DNA of 55,601 bases from NCBI GenBank assembly GCA_031276235.1, contig JAISNL010000046.1, positions 1-55,601 of the forward strand, in the 5' to 3' direction. The stretch's first letter is position 1. The number at the start of each line of letters is the position of its first letter. Source of the DNA: Prevotellaceae bacterium (GTDB lineage Bacteria; Bacteroidota; Bacteroidia; Bacteroidales; UBA932). The notes beneath the pieces were generated by a model. That model worked only from the letters and a program-made list of their open reading frames with translations, was not told the origin of the DNA and made no database searches. Position numbers and translations under genes: made by a program. Shown piece by piece: positions 51,862 to 55,601 of the stretch.

Positions 51862-54789
51862 TTACTTTTCAGGAAAAATTATCTTGTAGTTTCCGCTCAG
51901 GTGCATGAATGCGAAGAGTTGCAGAAAGCCGTCGTAGTAAGCGTCAAAGTAACCGTCGTCATACGGTTTGTTTTCCGAATGCCAGAAATGGTCGATAAAT
52001 TCATAACTTTTGGGATGCGTACAGGCAAGGGAAATAGCGGCAGAGGTCGCCACCAACCCAATCGAATGGCGCAGTTTTACTTTTCCTCCCGCAGGAAGAA
52101 TCCACTGCACGAGGCTACCGTCCATGTTATACTGGTCAACGAAGGTCTTTACGCCTTGCAGGTATAGGAAGTTTTGGAATTTATGTCCGTATTCGCGCTG
52201 CCATTCTCTGTCTTCGCAGCACCATGAGTAGTCGAGGGCAATGTTCATCGGCACGCGCCACGAGTCAAAACGGAATGCTTCGTTACGTATAACCATGCCG
52301 TTGGGGAGTTTGTTTTCCCTTATCGAGCCGTCAAATTCATTCTGGTCGGCATTAATAGCCGTAACAGGATGTACGGATTTATGCAGGTATTCGCGTGTTT
52401 TTTGCGCACATTGCCGCCAAAATTCGGAGCGTCCGTCATTTGCCCAGCGCGCCCATACTTCGTAGAAAGCGGGGATATGATATGAAGGGTCGGTAAAAGT
52501 AGCGCCCCAAAAGGCTTCTGGCGTAAAGTTGATAAGTTTGTGCGTAGTGTCAATGAAATTGGTGATACCGCCGTCGCTGGCATTTTTTGCAAAGGCGCAG
52601 TCGAGGATATATTGGGCTTCTTTGAGATAGTTGATGCCTGAGTCGTTGCCCCACCTATTGGCGGCGAATATGAGGGAAGTAACGTAATAAAGTTCGCCAT
52701 CAGAGGCAGGTCCCTGCGCATTGCGCGTACCGTCGATTTTGCAGCTCCATGCAAAGTAGCCTTTGTAAGGTCCTTCGTGGTGCTGCATATATTTCACGCC
52801 CCAGCGCCATAGTTTGTCGAATATGTCTTTGCGGTTGAACTGTACGGCAACCATCATTCCATAAGACATTCCTTCGGTGCGGACGTCTGAGTTTTTGATG
52901 TCGGATACGTAAGCCATGGAGTCGTTGACTTCAAAATACACTTTGTTTTCGCCTTCAAATACCTGATGAAACAAGTCATTCAATTTCGTTTCTGTTTCCT
53001 GTTCCGTATAGCCGGCTTCTGCAAAGAGGTTGCGGTATTTTTGCGTTTCAAAAGCGCCCTTTGTCCATGGCGAGAGGGGTTCTTTTTTCGGCGCGGGGTT
53101 GGTGTACATGTACATTCCCAGTACCACGCCGGTAAAGCCTCCGGCAACCTGCGTACTCAAATTTTTAGCGTCTGCATTTTCGGCTATGGTGAGCCATGTT
53201 TCGCCTTTGTCGTAGGAAGCAAAGAAGGAATATTTATCTTTATTTCCCGTAATTTTCAATGTGAGGGGCTTGCCGGCAGAGGCGTCGGGGATTTCTACTT
53301 CCGCCAGACGCGCGACTGTTCCCAGCGAGCGGTTGAGAATGATACAGGGCTTGCCCTGCCCGTTCACTGTTTTGCCGAATACGAAGTTATAGGCTTGGTT
53401 TTGGTAACATACCAAACCTGCAATGTCTCCTTCTTTCGCCGGCGCGTATGCCAGCTCGGTTTGCGCTTCAAAGGTCAAATGCTGCTGCCGTGCGCCGATA
53501 AAAGCAGGATTCGCTTCTTCGTAAATGGTGTGTCCTGTGGAGGTCATTTTGAGTTGTCCGTCCGCTATCGACCACCACGGCGTTTGCAGCGGCGTGCGAA
53601 TAAAGAGCCACCGGTTGTTTAATACGTCCGTGTCAAACTCATCCCGCCATGCAAAGTTCCCTTTGTAACTGTTTGCATCCGGCGACAGCCCGGGCTTGTC
53701 CACTGTGTAAGGGATAGCGGCGCCTTTGGGTAATATTACTGGGTATCCGTCGTTCCATTCTACGGGCAGCAGGAAGGTTTCACGCCCGGTGTTAAAATAA
53801 TTGTCTTCATAAGGACGGCAGGCAAGGAAAACGGCATACCAGCCGCCTTCGGGCGTTTGAACCAAATCGGCATGCCCCGCGCAGGTTACAGGATTCGGGC
53901 GGTCGGCGGGCAAATCGCGCTGTGTAAGGACAGGGTTGTTTTTCCATGGGATATAAGGTCCCTCCACTTTATCGGCGCGGAAAATAACTTCGGAATGGTC
54001 AACGCCTGTGCCGCCTTCGGCGCACATGAGGTAATAATAACCGTTGATTTTATATAAGTGGGGCGCTTCAATCCATATCGGGCGTTTGGCTTTGTCGGTG
54101 CCGCCGTCCACAATGACTTTCGGCGTACCGAGAGTGGTGTCGGCGTTTACGTCATATTCGTGTATCCATATTGCACGGTGCCCGTTCCATTCGGGTTCTC
54201 CCTGCGGGGCGTCGTTATGCACAATATAGGCTTTGCCATCTTCGTCAAAAAATATATCAGGGTCAATGCCGCCTACCTTTGGCAAAGCAATGGGTTCAGA
54301 CCAGTTGTTCTGTTTGGGGTCTTTGGTTTTGACAATGAAATTGCCGATACCGTCCACGCAGGTATTGATTAGATAAAAGGTGTCGTTGTAGGGATTGTAG
54401 CGTATTGTCGGCGCATATACGCCGCCGTCCAATCGTATGCCGTCCAATTGAAGTTGCGACGGGCGGTTCAGCACATGTCCCAGTTGCACCCAGTTTACCA
54501 AATCGGTACTGTGGAAAATAGGAATGCCCGGATAATAGGCAAACGAAGACGTTACTAAATAATAATCGTTGCCTTTGCGGCAAATGCTTGGGTCGGGATA
54601 GAACCCGCTCAACACAGGATTTTGATATTCTTTGACAGAATCAACGCTTGCAAAAGTAGCGTCAGCGCCTTTGTATTCAAAGTAATTAAATACGGCAGCC
54701 TGTTCCTTTTCGGAAGATTGGCACGAAAATATATGTAGCATACATAGGCTAATCGTTGCCATTACAAATGATAATTTAATTTTTTTCAT
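51862..54789 (-). CDS. lipoprotein fusing GH43 beta-xylosidase/arabinofuranosidase (+beta-sandwich) with GH8 reducing-end xylose-releasing exo-oligoxylanase-like domain
   Basis: 975 aa. Lipobox 'IFSC'. The N-terminus has 'NPVLSGFYPDPSICRKGNDYYLVTSSF.YYPGIPIFHSTDLVNW' and 'IDPDIFFDEDG', 'EAPHLYK' (GH43). The middle is a concanavalin-like domain. The C-terminal ~400 aa has 'VRTEGMSYGMM', 'ASDGELY' and 'SWRVPMNIALDYSW' (GH8). Confidence 0.85.
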   Translation of the reverse strand: MKKIKLSFVMATISLCMLHIFSCQSSEKEQAAVFNYFEYKGADATFASVDSVKEYQNPVLSGFYPDPSICRKGNDYYLVTSSFAYYPGIPIFHSTDLVNWVQLGHVLNRPSQLQLDGIRLDGGVYAPTIRYNPYNDTFYLINTCVDGIGNFIVKTKDPKQNNWSEPIALPKVGGIDPDIFFDEDGKAYIVHNDAPQGEPEWNGHRAIWIHEYDVNADTTLGTPKVIVDGGTDKAKRPIWIEAPHLYKINGYYYLMCAEGGTGVDHSEVIFRADKVEGPYIPWKNNPVLTQRDLPADRPNPVTCAGHADLVQTPEGGWYAVFLACRPYEDNYFNTGRETFLLPVEWNDGYPVILPKGAAIPYTVDKPGLSPDANSYKGNFAWRDEFDTDVLNNRWLFIRTPLQTPWWSIADGQLKMTSTGHTIYEEANPAFIGARQQHLTFEAQTELAYAPAKEGDIAGLVCYQNQAYNFVFGKTVNGQGKPCIILNRSLGTVARLAEVEIPDASAGKPLTLKITGNKDKYSFFASYDKGETWLTIAENADAKNLSTQVAGGFTGVVLGMYMYTNPAPKKEPLSPWTKGAFETQKYRNLFAEAGYTEQETETKLNDLFHQVFEGENKVYFEVNDSMAYVSDIKNSDVRTEGMSYGMMVAVQFNRKDIFDKLWRWGVKYMQHHEGPYKGYFAWSCKIDGTRNAQGPASDGELYYVTSLIFAANRWGNDSGINYLKEAQYILDCAFAKNASDGGITNFIDTTHKLINFTPEAFWGATFTDPSYHIPAFYEVWARWANDGRSEFWRQCAQKTREYLHKSVHPVTAINADQNEFDGSIRENKLPNGMVIRNEAFRFDSWRVPMNIALDYSWCCEDREWQREYGHKFQNFLYLQGVKTFVDQYNMDGSLVQWILPAGGKVKLRHSIGLVATSAAISLACTHPKSYEFIDHFWHSENKPYDDGYFDAYYDGFLQLFAFMHLSGNYKIIFPEK

Positions 54790-54841
54790 AATATGATTTA
54801 TTTATTTAATTGTTTATTTATTTAATTGTTTATTTATTTCT

Positions 54842-55171
54842 TTAATTGCTTAATTGTATTTTGTGTTCTTCAGATTCGCCGTTACTTTGACTTATTCGGA
54901 AAATATAAGCGCCTGCGGGAATATGAGCGAAATTCAATGTTCCGTTCACCTTTGTCGGATAAGCATAGCGTACTGCTCCCGGTTGGCTGTCGTTTACAGA
55001 ATCTTCTTTTGCAATCAAGGCTCTATCGGGAGCAGATAAAATGATTACATCCTGTTGTTTTACTGTAATGCTGTCCTCTTTAAGTCCATAAGGCAATTCA
55101 TCTGTTACAATTTGAGCAGTTACAATAACTGTAAACAAGCCAAATAATGTTAATAATAATATCTTTTTCAT
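54842..55171 (-). CDS. small secreted protein; C-terminal segment resembles a truncated T9SS sorting domain
   Basis: 109 aa. Signal peptide 'MKKILLLTLFGLFTVIVTAQ'. The C-terminus 'YPTKVNGTLNFAHIPAGAYIFRISQSNGESEEHKIQL' resembles a Por_Secre_tail consensus. Weak call. Confidence 0.35.
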   Translation of the reverse strand: MKKILLLTLFGLFTVIVTAQIVTDELPYGLKEDSITVKQQDVIILSAPDRALIAKEDSVNDSQPGAVRYAYPTKVNGTLNFAHIPAGAYIFRISQSNGESEEHKIQLSN

Positions 55172-55173
55172 GA

Positions 55174-55601
55174 TTAGTTAGTTGTTTTTTCTACAATTAT
55201 ATATTTATACAGTAAATATTTTTTTTCTGCGTTACAATAGAGTTTCAGTTTATCTTTTGTAGCAGTGTATGATGTTATTGTTTTTATTGTTTCATAGAAT
55301 AGTTGAAGATCACCGGTATAAGAACCATCTTCATCTTCAATAACAACAAATACCTTTTGTGGCGAGAGATGAAGATATATATCACTCGCATCCCAGCATC
55401 CAACCGCTGTACTGTCCGTATCAAAATGAAGCACGTAACAGCTGCTATAAGATACTTCAAGTTCTCTCATTTCACCAGTCTTGACATCCACAATACCTTC
55501 AAGCATCCAATCTGTGCCTTTCAACTTAACAGGCTCATTGGGTTTATCATCTTTCCCGCAGGATACTAGTCCTGCCATCATCAGTGCAAGCGCTATTGTT
55601 T
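55174..55601 (-). CDS. lipoprotein, META/HslJ-like (5' end beyond the window)
   Basis: The frame stays open to the window end ('..ALALMMAGLVSCGKDD' lipobox). 'LKGTDWMLEGI', 'LHFDTDSTAVGC' and 'KLKLYC' resemble the META domain pattern. Confidence 0.4.
   Translation of the reverse strand, partial: TIALALMMAGLVSCGKDDKPNEPVKLKGTDWMLEGIVDVKTGEMRELEVSYSSCYVLHFDTDSTAVGCWDASDIYLHLSPQKVFVVIEDEDGSYTGDLQLFYETIKTITSYTATKDKLKLYCNAEKKYLLYKYIIVEKTTN

Noticed and set aside
54796-54855. Short AT-rich direct repeats ('ttatttatttaattgt' x2-3) upstream of the GH43-GH8 gene.
   Set aside because: This is a very low-complexity AT tract in a 52-nt gap, indistinguishable from chance or slippage. No motif is recognised.

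Overview
This is a chromosomal window from an AT-rich Bacteroidota (Bacteroidales-like) genome. The evidence is TTTG-N18-21-TAnnTTTG promoter motifs upstream of several genes, many lipobox lipoproteins, an archaeal/eukaryote-type ProRS, and xylan-utilisation gene content. Positions 1-35.2 kb are mostly housekeeping genes: aminotransferase, rsmE, pcm, serC-serA-DUF1015, mdh, queA, proline dehydrogenase, ftsE, xerD, dnaK, mutS2 and proS. Small accessory insertions interrupt this part. Positions 35.5-54.8 kb form one ~19 kb cluster, entirely on the minus strand, for xylose plus hexuronate (glucuronoxylan-derived) catabolism. Its genes are a GH43-GH8 fusion, uxuA, uxuB, uxaC, kdgK, eda, exuT, xylB, xylA, galM and xylE, and no regulator or SusC/D pair is present in the window. 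I found no rRNA, tRNA or CRISPR array. The items most worth follow-up are listed here. (1) An AT-rich, translationally coupled two-gene cassette is wedged between serC and serA: a PIN nuclease plus a partner that looks Cas2/VapD-like rather than antitoxin-like. (2) A decayed mobile islet next to dnaK has an IS5-family transposase stump and a tyrosine-integrase stump bracketing very AT-rich membrane-protein cargo. (3) A family of MITE/REP-like intergenic elements has CAGTTGACAG/CTGTCAACTG termini. It includes a filled and an empty site of a nested 110-bp insertion within this window, and four genes take their stop codon from the element. (4) Two tandem arrays (42-bp and 41-bp periods) sit in intercistronic gaps of the sugar cluster. 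(5) A lipoprotein with a W/Y/G-rich block, a His cluster and a poly-Ser/Arg tail is paired with a FadL/PorV-like outer-membrane barrel. All functional calls come from motif recognition by eye. No database search was run.
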